DNA from: Candidatus Hadarchaeota archaeon
Lineage (GTDB): Archaea; CAYQAE01; CAYVLA01
Reading direction: 5' to 3'
Assembly: GCA_964452145.1 (NCBI GenBank)
Contig: CAYVLA010000003.1
Span: 45,020 to 109,019, forward strand
DNA: 64,000 nucleotides
In this document: piece after piece, positions 18,908 to 28,503 of the stretch
Layout of the letters: each line of letters opens with the position of its first letter
Numbering within the stretch: position 1 is the first letter of the stretch
Notes under the pieces: model-generated
Told to the model about the DNA's origin: nothing
What the model saw: the letters and a program-made list of their open reading frames with translations, nothing else
Database searches by the model: none
Position numbers and translations under genes: made by a program

Positions 18908-19074
18908 GCACTCAACTCGTCAGAGTTGTCTTTGGCCCCATACGGGCAGGCGACTCACGATACCCCGATGAGGTGAAACGATACATATAGGTTCCGTGAA
19001 ACGCTGGACTCTCCTTCCGTCGCCGAACGGGGAGCGATGTCCATGGGAAGGGATTGACCCCTTGCCGCAGGGGA

Positions 19075-19821
19075 CTATCGCTGGAAGAACCTCATGAGTT
19101 CTATGGGAATGGGTATCACCACGGTGGTGGGCCTGTCCGTGGTCGCATCCCGAATGGTTCCCAGGAGCCTGAGCTGAAGGGCTCCCGGCGCCTCCGTCAT
19201 GATCTGGGAAGCCTTGGCCAGCTGCTCGGCGGCTTGTTGCTCGCCTTGGGCGATTATGATCCTGGAGCGCCTCTCCCTTTCCGCCTCCGCCTGCCTAGCC
19301 ATCGCCCTCTTCATCGTGTCCGGAACCTCGACATTCTTCAGCTCGACTGCCGAAACCTTGATCCCCCACGGATCGGTGGCCTCATCGACCGTTGCCTGAA
19401 GCGTCTTGTTGAGATTCTCCCTCTCGGTGAGGACCTGATCCAGGAAGGCGGTTCCTATGACGTTCCGAAGGCTGGTCTGGGCATAGAGGGAGGTGGCCGC
19501 GATGAAGTTGGTCACCTGGACCACCGCCTTCTCCGGGTCCATCACCCTCATATAGATCACCGCATCGACGCGGACAGGGACATTGTCCCTGGTTATCACC
19601 TCCTGAGGAGGAACGTCGATAACCATCGTTCGCAGGTCGATGCGCACCATCTTCTCGAAGATCGGGATCAGAAAGAAGAGGCCGGGGCCCCGGGCACCGA
19701 CCAGTCTTCCGAGCCTGAAGATGACACCCCTTTCGTATTCGCGAACGATCTTGATAGCCGACGCAATGACGATGAGGAGGAAGAATATCAGCGCAGAGAT
19801 CGGGACAAACAAGTCAGCCAT
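19075..19821 (-). CDS. Stomatin/SPFH (band 7, slipin) membrane protein
   Basis: EYERGVIFRLGR, DLRT..DVPPQEVITRDNV, TDPWGIKV..VE, AMARQAEAERERR; ATG 19821 after a GGTGA RBS. Confidence 0.95.
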   Translation of the reverse strand: MADLFVPISALIFFLLIVIASAIKIVREYERGVIFRLGRLVGARGPGLFFLIPIFEKMVRIDLRTMVIDVPPQEVITRDNVPVRVDAVIYMRVMDPEKAVVQVTNFIAATSLYAQTSLRNVIGTAFLDQVLTERENLNKTLQATVDEATDPWGIKVSAVELKNVEVPDTMKRAMARQAEAERERRSRIIIAQGEQQAAEQLAKASQIMTEAPGALQLRLLGTIRDATTDRPTTVVIPIPIELMRFFQR

Positions 19822-19890
19822 TCTATCACCGTGCCCTAGCTCGTTCTTTCCCAATAAATATTTGTGGGTCGCTCGTTGACTCGTTGACCG

Positions 19891-21108
19891 TCACGGACTG
19901 ACGCCCCTGCGGGCCTTGCCCATCGCTACTTCGGTGGCACCGACCAGATCGTCCAGCTCTTTCTGCGTGTAGTTGGTGCTGTTCGGGAAGCTCACGGCCC
20001 GTGTGAGGGCCCGCTCCAGTACGGGGCACTTCCTGACCGGCCCGAACTGATTCAGGGGTGAGGTGAAGGGCCAGCCGGCACGATTGATGGTTGACCTGTT
20101 CTTGAACAGATCAAGCTCGTAAACGGGCTGTCCGGAGTAGACCTGTCCCGCCGGAACGCCCTGCTGCCTGATGAGCTCTGTGAAGCCTGCCGCATCGATC
20201 TTGAGGTCGTCCGGCAGGTAGTAGATGATGGAGTAGTGGATGGGGGATGAGCCCGGTATTACCCTCCGCGGCACCAACCCCAGCTGCTCCATCCTCGGGT
20301 TCAGGAAGCGCGCGTTGCGGTTGACTAGCTCGACCACCCTGTCCAGCTTCCTGAGCTGCGCCAGGGCAACCGCGGCCTGTAGCTCCGACATCCTGTAGTT
20401 CAGGCCCAGGGGTCCGTTGCCCTTGGAGCCCGCAAATCTGTTGAAGCCATGGTCGTGGAATCTGACGGCATTGTCGAATATCGCTTCGTCGTCCGTCGTG
20501 ACCACGCCTCCCTCCCCGCACGTGATCATCTTGTTCAGCTGAAGGCTGAAGCACCCGATGTCTCCGAGGGCACCGACCTTTCTTCCTCCCAGGGACGCGC
20601 CGTGTGCATGGGACGCATCCTCGATAAGGTAGAGGTCGTGCTGCTCCGCCACCTCCCTCAGACCGTCCATATCAGCCGGAAAGCCTAGCAGGTGGACTGG
20701 GAGTATGGCTCTAGTTCGAGGCGTCACGGCCTGCCTGACCGAGTCCGGATCCAGGTTCATCGTGCCGTAGTCGACATCGGCGAAGACGGGCACGCCGCCG
20801 CAGAGAAGGACGGGCGTCACGTTGGCTATGAACGTCACAGGGGGGACTATGACCTCTTCCCCCGGACCTATTCCGCAGGCCGCAACCCCCTCGTGAACGG
20901 CTGCCGTCCCGCTGGATACTCCGAGCGCGTGCTTGGTGCCTACGCACCTAGCATACTCCCTCTCGAAAGCATCCGCCTTGTGTTTGGGATCGGGGCCGTA
21001 GAAGCGGAAGAGGGACCGTGATCTGACGACCTCCGCGATCTCCTCCAGCTCCTCCTCGCCGATCAGATTGACTCCGAAGCCACAATACGGCCAGGGTTCC
21101 TTTCTCAC
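19891..21108 (-). CDS. DegT/DnrJ/EryC1/StrS PLP aminotransferase
   Basis: SSGTAA, PVHLLG, IEDASHAHG, FSLQLNKMITCGEGG, NYRMSE; start set at GTG 21108. Confidence 0.9.
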   Translation of the reverse strand: MRKEPWPYCGFGVNLIGEEELEEIAEVVRSRSLFRFYGPDPKHKADAFEREYARCVGTKHALGVSSGTAAVHEGVAACGIGPGEEVIVPPVTFIANVTPVLLCGGVPVFADVDYGTMNLDPDSVRQAVTPRTRAILPVHLLGFPADMDGLREVAEQHDLYLIEDASHAHGASLGGRKVGALGDIGCFSLQLNKMITCGEGGVVTTDDEAIFDNAVRFHDHGFNRFAGSKGNGPLGLNYRMSELQAAVALAQLRKLDRVVELVNRNARFLNPRMEQLGLVPRRVIPGSSPIHYSIIYYLPDDLKIDAAGFTELIRQQGVPAGQVYSGQPVYELDLFKNRSTINRAGWPFTSPLNQFGPVRKCPVLERALTRAVSFPNSTNYTQKELDDLVGATEVAMGKARRGVSP

Positions 21109-21482
21109 AGGTTCCTTACCTTCATCGACCAAAAACGGCAGCCCCCTCGGACAGGTTTGACGAGCTGGGCCTAGCGTGGCCTCTCGCCTTAAAAGTCTCT
21201 CACACGATTCCGAAATGCCTATCCCGGGCACGGATCATCGTCGATCTCGATCTATTCTGGCTGAGACGGGTCCCCTCGATGATCCGAGTCGTGTTCCTAG
21301 ATCCGCCTTTCACGGACGGGATCATGACACTCGGATACAGGCCCCGCTCCTGCACGCGTTGCACGGACTCCGTCCAGAGACTCGCCGGTAGGCGCCTCGA
21401 GTCTTCGTCCGGCCCGTCCTTCCGGGCCCCCTTTGACAGGCCGGAGCGGCGTCGCCTTCCTCTAGGTCCTGGCTCAGGTCTC

Positions 21483-22454
21483 CTAATCCCACTGCCAGCC
21501 CATCTCGTTCTGGATCCGCTTGATCTCGCTCAGGAAAGGGGCTCCCTCCATGGGGCCCAGCTTGGTCACTGCGAAGGCCCCCACGGTGTTGCCGAGACGG
21601 GCACATTCTACGATGGGACGCCCGGCCACGTAGCTGGTCGTGAAGCCGGCATCAAAGCAGTCCCCTGCTCCCGTTGGGTCGACCCGGGGCCTCACCCTCT
21701 CTATGGGGAAGGACGGGACTTCGATGTCCTCTCGGTGGGTGAAGACCCGACATCCCTGGGATCCAAGCTTCAGCGCGACGACCTTGGCCTTCCTCAAAAG
21801 GCTCCTGCATGCCTCGAGGGGATCGGCCACCCCCGTCAGCATGCTGGCTTCCTCCCCGCTCGGGAGGACTATGTCGCACACATCCAGGACCGGTGCGCAT
21901 ATCTCGCGGACCTTCTCAATTCCCAACAGCTCGGGCCTGAGGTTCGGGTCCAAGCTCACCATGCCCCCTCTGGACTTGACGATCCTCATCGCCTCGTAGC
22001 AGGCCTCGCGACTCGAGTCGCTAACCGATAGGGCCGAGCCCATCAGGTGCAGGAGTCTAGTTCCTGAGAGAAACGAGGGCTTGACCTCCTCCGGACTTAA
22101 GGTCCCGGCTGCGGAATGTCGGAGGTGAAAGATGAACTTCCTCGATCCATCCGGATTGTAGGAGACGAAGGCGCAGCCCGTGGTATGTCCGGGCCTCCGC
22201 TTGACCTGGGAGACGTCAACTTTGTCATCCCTGAGCCTGAACTCAACGACGTCTCCAAAGTCATCGGGGCCGAGAACCCCGATGAAGCCAGTCGATGCAC
22301 CGAGTCTAGCGGCGGCGTCAATGTAGATGGCGGGCGCGCCGCTGGGGTAGGGACCCATGAACTCGGCGGGCTTGTTCAGGGGAATGCCTACCTCTTTTCT
22401 CATTATCTCTACGAGCATCTCTCCCATCGACACTATCTCTGGCATTTCACTCAC
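21483..22454 (-). CDS. PfkB-family carbohydrate kinase (resembles the tagatose-kinase subgroup)
   Basis: GEMLVEIM, GPYPSGAPAI, DPNLRPEL, DPTGAGDCF. Confidence 0.88.
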   Translation of the reverse strand: MSEMPEIVSMGEMLVEIMRKEVGIPLNKPAEFMGPYPSGAPAIYIDAAARLGASTGFIGVLGPDDFGDVVEFRLRDDKVDVSQVKRRPGHTTGCAFVSYNPDGSRKFIFHLRHSAAGTLSPEEVKPSFLSGTRLLHLMGSALSVSDSSREACYEAMRIVKSRGGMVSLDPNLRPELLGIEKVREICAPVLDVCDIVLPSGEEASMLTGVADPLEACRSLLRKAKVVALKLGSQGCRVFTHREDIEVPSFPIERVRPRVDPTGAGDCFDAGFTTSYVAGRPIVECARLGNTVGAFAVTKLGPMEGAPFLSEIKRIQNEMGWQWD

Positions 22455-22884
22455 CCAATATCTGTATACAGTACTCGCGGCTCAGGGGACCATCCATCTC
22501 GACGAAATAAATGGTCTGTCTGCCTCCTCTGACGACCTTGCCGTTCTCCACGGGGAAGATGGCGTTGATGCCTGTCAGCATGCCGCGGAGATGGCAGTGG
22601 GCATTCACCCCAAGTCTGCCATCGAAGTCCAGGTACCTTGCATGATGGTACTGGAGTCCCTCCGGCACAAGCCTTTTCAGCGTGTCAAGCGTGTCCTCCT
22701 CTAGGCACGGGATTCCCTCGTTGACGGTGATGCCGGTCGTGGTATGCATCGTGACGACGTTGACGACTCCGTCCTTGACTCCGGATCTCCTGACAGTCTC
22801 CTCCACCTTCTCGGTGATGTTGATCATCTCCATCTCTTTTGTGGTCTGAATCGAAAGCTTCTCCAGATACACTTTCATGTCCAT
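22447..22884 (-). CDS. YjbQ/UPF0047 family protein
   Basis: NIT, HTTTGITVNE, NAHCHL, Q..YFVEMDG. Confidence 0.88.
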   Translation of the reverse strand: MDMKVYLEKLSIQTTKEMEMINITEKVEETVRRSGVKDGVVNVVTMHTTTGITVNEGIPCLEEDTLDTLKRLVPEGLQYHHARYLDFDGRLGVNAHCHLRGMLTGINAIFPVENGKVVRGGRQTIYFVEMDGPLSREYCIQILGE

Positions 22885-22889
22885 TCCTC

Positions 22890-23741
22890 CTATCTTCCTA
22901 TGAAGCGCTCGGCATTCCTCTCAAATATCAGTTTCTTGGCCCCCTGGGTTAGCCCGAGGCCGGAGAAGGCCTCGACCATCTTCACCGTCTCGATTCTGGG
23001 ATAGTTGGAGCCGAACATGACCTGGTTCCTTAGGGATCTCTCGAGCCAGGTTGTTGGCACCTCCCGGGAAAAGATGAACTGTACGAACTCGGCCGGAGTG
23101 TCGGCGTAGAGACATGAAGTGTCCGCATAGACGTTGGGATACTTGAGCATCAGCGCGACCGTCTCGCGAACCCAGGGCCAACCGAAGTGAGCCAAGCATA
23201 TCCTAAGCCTCGGGAAGGCCGCGGCCACCTTCTCCAGCAGGCCCGGGTGGCACTGCTCCATCTTTGATCCGGGCTCCCAGCTCAGGCCGCTATGGATGAG
23301 CAGGGGCACTCCCAACTCCTGGGCCATGCCGTAAATGGGGAAGAGCTTTTCGTCATCAGGCCTGAACTCCTGGATGCCTGGAGCTAGCTTCAGTCCGACC
23401 AGCCCCAGATCCCGGATCGCGCCTTCCAGTTCACGGGGAGCATCGCTGGAATGAGGATCCACGCTCGCGAATCCGATGAACTCCCCGCCAGCCATCTGCA
23501 CCAATTCGGCGATCTGCTCGTTGGAGAATATCTTGCATCCCCTCGAAGTCGTACAATCTATCGGGAGCAGGACCGATCGGTCCACACCTGACACCTCCAT
23601 CTGGAGCAGGAAGGTCTCCAGCGGCTGGGGTCTGTTGTGAAGGCCGAACACCTCCTTGGTGACCCTAATCATCTCCTTGTCCTTCTCCATCATCTCCTGT
23701 ACAAGAACCGGGTGGGTATGCACGTCGATCATCGATTTCAC
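22890..23741 (-). CDS. Amidohydrolase_2 family metallo-hydrolase
   Basis: IDVHTH, FASVDP, GLKL, IHSG, LAHFGWPW, YADTS, FGSNYP. Confidence 0.87.
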   Translation of the reverse strand: MKSMIDVHTHPVLVQEMMEKDKEMIRVTKEVFGLHNRPQPLETFLLQMEVSGVDRSVLLPIDCTTSRGCKIFSNEQIAELVQMAGGEFIGFASVDPHSSDAPRELEGAIRDLGLVGLKLAPGIQEFRPDDEKLFPIYGMAQELGVPLLIHSGLSWEPGSKMEQCHPGLLEKVAAAFPRLRICLAHFGWPWVRETVALMLKYPNVYADTSCLYADTPAEFVQFIFSREVPTTWLERSLRNQVMFGSNYPRIETVKMVEAFSGLGLTQGAKKLIFERNAERFIGR

Positions 23742-25003
23742 CTAATCCTTGGAACCACTTCGGCCGCCCTTTTGATGGCCAAGACTTCGGCCGATGGTCC
23801 CGCTCCCTCCAGAGCCATATCGAAGGCCTCCTGAGGGCCGGGAGCGTACTCGAAGCCGATGGCCTCCGTCTCCTTCTTGGTGAGGCCTATTGTATATGTT
23901 ATCACCCTCATCCTCTCCCGTATTCTGCCCACGTGCAGCATGGCCGCCACGGAGCAGAGATCCTTCAATCTGCCTGACTCCCACAAGGCCTCGGCCTGTC
24001 CGGGGTAGAGGTATCCGTATCTCTCCAGCTCCGGGTGTTCTTTGGATACACCTTCCCAACAGGGGGACAGCAGGACTATGGTTCCCCCGGGCTTGACCGC
24101 CAACTCGGCTGCCTCCAGGGCCTTGACCGACTGCCACATATCGATGTCCGCGGGATGGGAGTCGACTACCGCAATGTCGGCCTTGTGATCGATCGGTATC
24201 CCGTAGATCCGGTCGGAGGCCTCCACCCCCCTGCGGTGGGCCTTGACGGGATCGCCGCTGAAGCACCCGACCATCCTGGCCTTCCCGTCCAGAACGGTGT
24301 TGGCGATCATCCGCAGCCCGGCCTTTCCGGCTATCTCCTCCATCTCAGAGCGCACCGGATTGTCGGCTACGCCCAGGATTTCCTCGCCCTCAAACCTACC
24401 GGCCATTATGTGGGTGTGTCCCGTCGTCTGCCCGCCGCACAGACCGGGCTGGACGATCTTGGCACCGCCTGTGTAGCCCGCGACCCGGTGCGCCACGATG
24501 TTCCCGATGCCTATGCTCCAGTCCGCCTCCAGGATCTTGTAGTTCACCGTGATGGGCGTTCCCATCCGGGTTGATCCCAGATCTCTGAGCATCGACTCCT
24601 CCCTCCAGTGGTGATTGAGCATCTTGTATCTTCCGATGAGCGCTTCCCCGGTCTTGACAGCCATCTCTTCGGTCGTCATGTACCTGTGTGTTCCGAGGGC
24701 GAACATGATTTCGACGTCCTCCTCCTTGACGCCCGAGCGATTCAGATCGGAGAGGATGGGGGGGAGAATGACCCGGGTCGGGGTCTCGCGGGTTATGTCG
24801 TCGAGGATGATGAGGACCTTGTCTCCTCGTTTCACCTGGGACGGGATGGGATCGGCCGCGATGGGATTGGAGAGGGATCGGCGGATCACCGCCTCGGGGG
24901 CTTCCGCTTTGAGCTCGCGAGGTGAGTACACGCCGACCAGATTGCCATCCGGGATCTCGACCTTGGCCCTTCCTTTCCCGAGATGGAAGAAGATCTCCGC
25001 CAT
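23738..25003 (-). CDS. LarA-family nickel-pincer 2-hydroxyacid racemase/epimerase
   Basis: DDITRETP, ALGTHR, NHHW, H..AGYTGGAK, PADIDMWQSVK; start ATG 25003 after GGGGGTGGAG. Confidence 0.87.
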   Translation of the reverse strand: MAEIFFHLGKGRAKVEIPDGNLVGVYSPRELKAEAPEAVIRRSLSNPIAADPIPSQVKRGDKVLIILDDITRETPTRVILPPILSDLNRSGVKEEDVEIMFALGTHRYMTTEEMAVKTGEALIGRYKMLNHHWREESMLRDLGSTRMGTPITVNYKILEADWSIGIGNIVAHRVAGYTGGAKIVQPGLCGGQTTGHTHIMAGRFEGEEILGVADNPVRSEMEEIAGKAGLRMIANTVLDGKARMVGCFSGDPVKAHRRGVEASDRIYGIPIDHKADIAVVDSHPADIDMWQSVKALEAAELAVKPGGTIVLLSPCWEGVSKEHPELERYGYLYPGQAEALWESGRLKDLCSVAAMLHVGRIRERMRVITYTIGLTKKETEAIGFEYAPGPQEAFDMALEGAGPSAEVLAIKRAAEVVPRIR

Positions 25004-25017
25004 CGCATCTCCACCCC

Positions 25018-26130
25018 CTACAGCACGAGTATGTCGGGGCGCTCGACCTGGATTCCTTCCACCTCGTGGACGAGGGTGGGCCAACTGCCCGTCGCGGTCA
25101 CGATGGTGGGTCCATCGGGCGTGGCGACGATTGTATCCTCGCTCTTGGCACCAGAGATGGAGGGATTCCAGGCAAATGCTTGGTTGGGCACGACCCTGGC
25201 CGCGCTCGAGGGCACGGCAAGGTAGTCCCTGGTTTGGTAACCGGTGGCGCCCCCTTGGTGGTGAAACCTCCACTGATCGGGGTATCCCGTGCGAGCATAG
25301 TCCTCCACCGCACCCGAGAGGATCGCGGAGACCGGACCACCCTCCACCGTTCTGGCGATCATCCCGGCGTCGATCAGGGTGCAGGCGCTGTGTCTTCTTG
25401 CCAGATCGTCCGGGACCTTCCCGTAGTGGACCAGTCTGGTGGCTGAAGCGATCAGCCCCCATTTCCTCCCGCAGGTCACCAGCATGGCATGCCTGTCCAG
25501 CTTCCTCTCGGTCGGAATGGGGTGGCGATAGAGTTCGATTCGCCTATCCACCGCCACCAAGATCACGGCCGGGATGACTCCGTGGGCCAGAAGGTGCTGG
25601 GCCAGGATGGACCCTATCTCGTGCTCGCTCTGTCCCGGTCCCATCTCATGACAGGATTGCTCCAGCATCGCACCGGTGAGCCTGCCGACCTCCCTGTATC
25701 TTTCGACCTCCTCGGGGGTGAGGCTGTAGCGCAGCGGAGAGATCTCTTCGTCGACCATCACCGCCCCTGCCATGTCGAAGTCGGTGCCCACCTTTCCCTT
25801 CCCTGCGATCTCCCTCACGATCTCGAGGCGTCTGTCGTCATGCCAAGGCGTTTCTCGCACCTGGAAGCCCTGGCCTTCTACCTCCTCGGCCACCAACCGT
25901 CCGGATTCGATGTTGTTCGTTACCAAGTACTTGTCCGTCGCCGTAACCACGACCGTGGCCACGCCTCTCCGATTCGTCAGCTCGACGTGATTGTCGCCTC
26001 CGCATGTGAACCATGCGAAGTTCTTGGATGTCGTCAGGCAAAGCGCGGCGAGCCCCTTCTGGTTCAAGAAGGACCTCACCCGTCTCTCCTTCTCGGCCAC
26101 CTCGGATCGGGAAAACCTCAAAGATCCCAC
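25018..26130 (-). CDS. M24-fold (creatinase/prolidase-like) hydrolase with atypical metal ligands
   Basis: NFAWFTCGG, YRHP, ASATR, HHQGG.TGY, AWNPS, KSEDT. Confidence 0.8.
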   Translation of the reverse strand: MGSLRFSRSEVAEKERRVRSFLNQKGLAALCLTTSKNFAWFTCGGDNHVELTNRRGVATVVVTATDKYLVTNNIESGRLVAEEVEGQGFQVRETPWHDDRRLEIVREIAGKGKVGTDFDMAGAVMVDEEISPLRYSLTPEEVERYREVGRLTGAMLEQSCHEMGPGQSEHEIGSILAQHLLAHGVIPAVILVAVDRRIELYRHPIPTERKLDRHAMLVTCGRKWGLIASATRLVHYGKVPDDLARRHSACTLIDAGMIARTVEGGPVSAILSGAVEDYARTGYPDQWRFHHQGGATGYQTRDYLAVPSSAARVVPNQAFAWNPSISGAKSEDTIVATPDGPTIVTATGSWPTLVHEVEGIQVERPDILVL

Positions 26131-26134
26131 ACCA

Positions 26135-27295
26135 TCAGAGCGGTACTTCGGCCCATCTCCTTTCCTTGCTGCTCTTGAGGATGGCGTCGCAGATCACAAC
26201 CTCGTTATGTCCGTCCTCAAAGGTCGGAAAATCGGGTTCGTAGGACTTCGGGCTCTTGCCCGCCGCGACAAACTCGTAGAAGTTGCGCATGAACATCTTG
26301 ATCCCATCCGGGTAGGCCTCCGGGTGCCCTCCCGGATAGTGCGCGTACCTCTTCGCCTCAGGAAGGAGGAGCGAGGGATCCTTGATCAGGAGTTCGTTGG
26401 GACGCTCTCGTCTCCCTATCCAGAGCTCGTTAGGCCTCTCTTGATCCCAGGCGAGGGCACATCTGCTGCCGTCGACCTCCAGATAGAGCCGGTTCTTTCG
26501 GCCCGCGGCCATTTGGGATATGCCGAACAGCCCTTTGGCGCCGCTCTCCAGTTCGAACAGAACCCCGGCATAGTCCTCCGTCTTGATGGCCTTCTCGACG
26601 TAGTCCTCAGGTGTGAGTTCCTTTCCCAGATACGTCTCAATAGGCCGCTTCGGCTTCTTCCGGGTGGGCAATACGGTCCTCAGGTCGGCGCACACTTTGG
26701 TGATTTTCTGGCCGGTGACGAACTGGGCCGTATCGCACCAATGGGATCCGACATCGCCAACTGCCCTTGAAGCCCCGCCGACCTCAGGCTCCAGCCTCCA
26801 GTTGTAGTCGGTGTCGAAGAAGAGCCAGTCCTGAAGATAGGACCCCCGGACAGCATAGATCGAGCCGAGTTCGCCGTTCTTGATCATCGCCTTGGCTTGC
26901 TGCACCAGGGGATAGTGTCTGTAGTTGAAGTTTATGCCGTTGACGACGCCCGCCTTGTACGCGATCTTCACGAGTTCGGCGGACTCTCGGCTGTCCATGG
27001 CCAGGGGCTTCTCCGAGATTATGTTCTTCCCGGCCTCCATGATCGCCTTGTTGATCTCGAAATGAAGGAAGTTCGGGGTGCAGTTGTGGACGACCTCGAT
27101 CTCCGGGTCCTGCAGGATCTTCCGAAAATCGCCATAGGCGTTTCTTATGTTCAGCTGCTCGGCCTTCTGCTGGGCTAATTTCTCGTCCGCCTCAGCGAGG
27201 GCCTTCACTTCCACGTATCCCAACCTGCGGACCGCCTCTACGTGCGCCGGCCCGATGAAACCCGTTCCTATTATCCCGGCCTTGATCGTTCTCAA
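26135..27295 (-). CDS. Gfo/Idh/MocA NAD(P)-dependent oxidoreductase
   Basis: GIIGTGFIG, CTPNFLH, SEKPLA, YLQDW, DVGSHW; start TTG 27295 after GGGAGGA. Confidence 0.92.
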   Translation of the reverse strand: MRTIKAGIIGTGFIGPAHVEAVRRLGYVEVKALAEADEKLAQQKAEQLNIRNAYGDFRKILQDPEIEVVHNCTPNFLHFEINKAIMEAGKNIISEKPLAMDSRESAELVKIAYKAGVVNGINFNYRHYPLVQQAKAMIKNGELGSIYAVRGSYLQDWLFFDTDYNWRLEPEVGGASRAVGDVGSHWCDTAQFVTGQKITKVCADLRTVLPTRKKPKRPIETYLGKELTPEDYVEKAIKTEDYAGVLFELESGAKGLFGISQMAAGRKNRLYLEVDGSRCALAWDQERPNELWIGRRERPNELLIKDPSLLLPEAKRYAHYPGGHPEAYPDGIKMFMRNFYEFVAAGKSPKSYEPDFPTFEDGHNEVVICDAILKSSKERRWAEVPL

Positions 27296-27467
27296 GGTTT
27301 TCCTCCCCGTTTCGCGCCGTCTGGGCTCGGAGGCCTGAGCCGGCATTTCCATATTAAATGTTGCCCAAACAATCAGGGCGTTCAACGAGGCCCTAGACCG
27401 CCTGTGATCGACCTTACCCCTTATGGCATAGAGCAAAACGGGGCACGGAAAGCGCTATAAGTCGACA

Positions 27468-28364
27468 GTGAAGGACAGCGCGAGTACGATGGGAAACACG
27501 GGGGCCCAACTCGCAGAAAAGGCCGATCGAGCAGGAATGATCGGCATTTTCGGAAACATGGTGCTCACAGCATTCAAACTCGCCGCCGGTGTGCTGTCGG
27601 GCAGCATGGCCGTCATCGGGGATTCCCTCCATTCTTTATCAGACCTTCTCGCCACAATTCTGGTCTACGCCGGAGTCCGCCAAGCTAGGCGCCCGCCGGA
27701 CGCGAAGCATCCCTTCGGACACGGTGGCATCGAGGCGATCGTGGGTCTGTTCGTGGCGATCTCCCTGGCGTTGATCGCGTTTGAATTCGGCCGTGAATCG
27801 CTGACCATCCTTTTGCAGAGGCACTTCTCCCAGGTCGGTGCCCTCGCCATGGTAGCAGCCGCGGCATCCATAGTGGTCAAAGAAGCCATGGCTCGGTACA
27901 CCTTCGGCGTGGCCAATGAAACCAAGAGCATGGCGCTCAACGCCGCCGCATGGGACCACCGCTCGGACGCCATATCCTCCGTAGTCGTTCTAATCGGGGT
28001 CACCGCAGCCTTCATGGGGGCACGCATCCTTGACCCGCTCTTTGCACTGGGAATGGCTTTCGTCATCGGTCTCGTCGGTGTGAGGATCGGGAAGCAGAAC
28101 GTTGAGAACCTGATCGGAACGCTGCCGGATCCCGACATGAACAGGGAGATCGAGGCCATCGTCAGCTCATTCCCGGAGGTCAAGGGCATCCACAAGATCC
28201 GCCTCCACTACTTCGGCCCCTATGCTGAGGTTGACATGCACGTCATCATGAATCCCTCCATGACCATAGAGAGAAGCCATGCCGTCACGGACCGCATCAA
28301 CGAACAGGTCAAGGCCCGACTCCCACAGATCACCTACGTCAACGTTCACGTAGAGCCGCGTTAG
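27468..28364 (+). CDS. Cation diffusion facilitator (FieF-like) transporter
   Basis: DSLHSLSD, PPD..HPFGH, DHRSD, C-terminal dimerisation domain with VHVEP. Confidence 0.93.
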   Translation: MKDSASTMGNTGAQLAEKADRAGMIGIFGNMVLTAFKLAAGVLSGSMAVIGDSLHSLSDLLATILVYAGVRQARRPPDAKHPFGHGGIEAIVGLFVAISLALIAFEFGRESLTILLQRHFSQVGALAMVAAAASIVVKEAMARYTFGVANETKSMALNAAAWDHRSDAISSVVVLIGVTAAFMGARILDPLFALGMAFVIGLVGVRIGKQNVENLIGTLPDPDMNREIEAIVSSFPEVKGIHKIRLHYFGPYAEVDMHVIMNPSMTIERSHAVTDRINEQVKARLPQITYVNVHVEPR

Positions 28365-28503
28365 GACACCTTCACCCGGCGACAGTCCCCGCCAAGCCTT
28401 GTGGCCATCAGGGTGACGGCCGATGAATGGGCCTCGCCCCTCTTCGATTGACTGAGTGCCGCGGAAGATAAAACCCAGCCATTTACCTGATGCTGATGAC
28501 CAC

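Noticed and set aside
18964..19003. Hammerhead ribozyme core
   Set aside because: CCGATGA instead of CTGATGA, and no consistent stems
21405..21435. SRP RNA helix 8 (GGCCCGGAAGG on the minus strand)
   Set aside because: Lacks the flanking CAGG/AGCA internal-loop bases
25004..25462. Extended N-terminus of LarA in the ORF track (574 aa)
   Set aside because: Overlaps the M24 gene in another frame; an RBS-backed ATG exists at 25003
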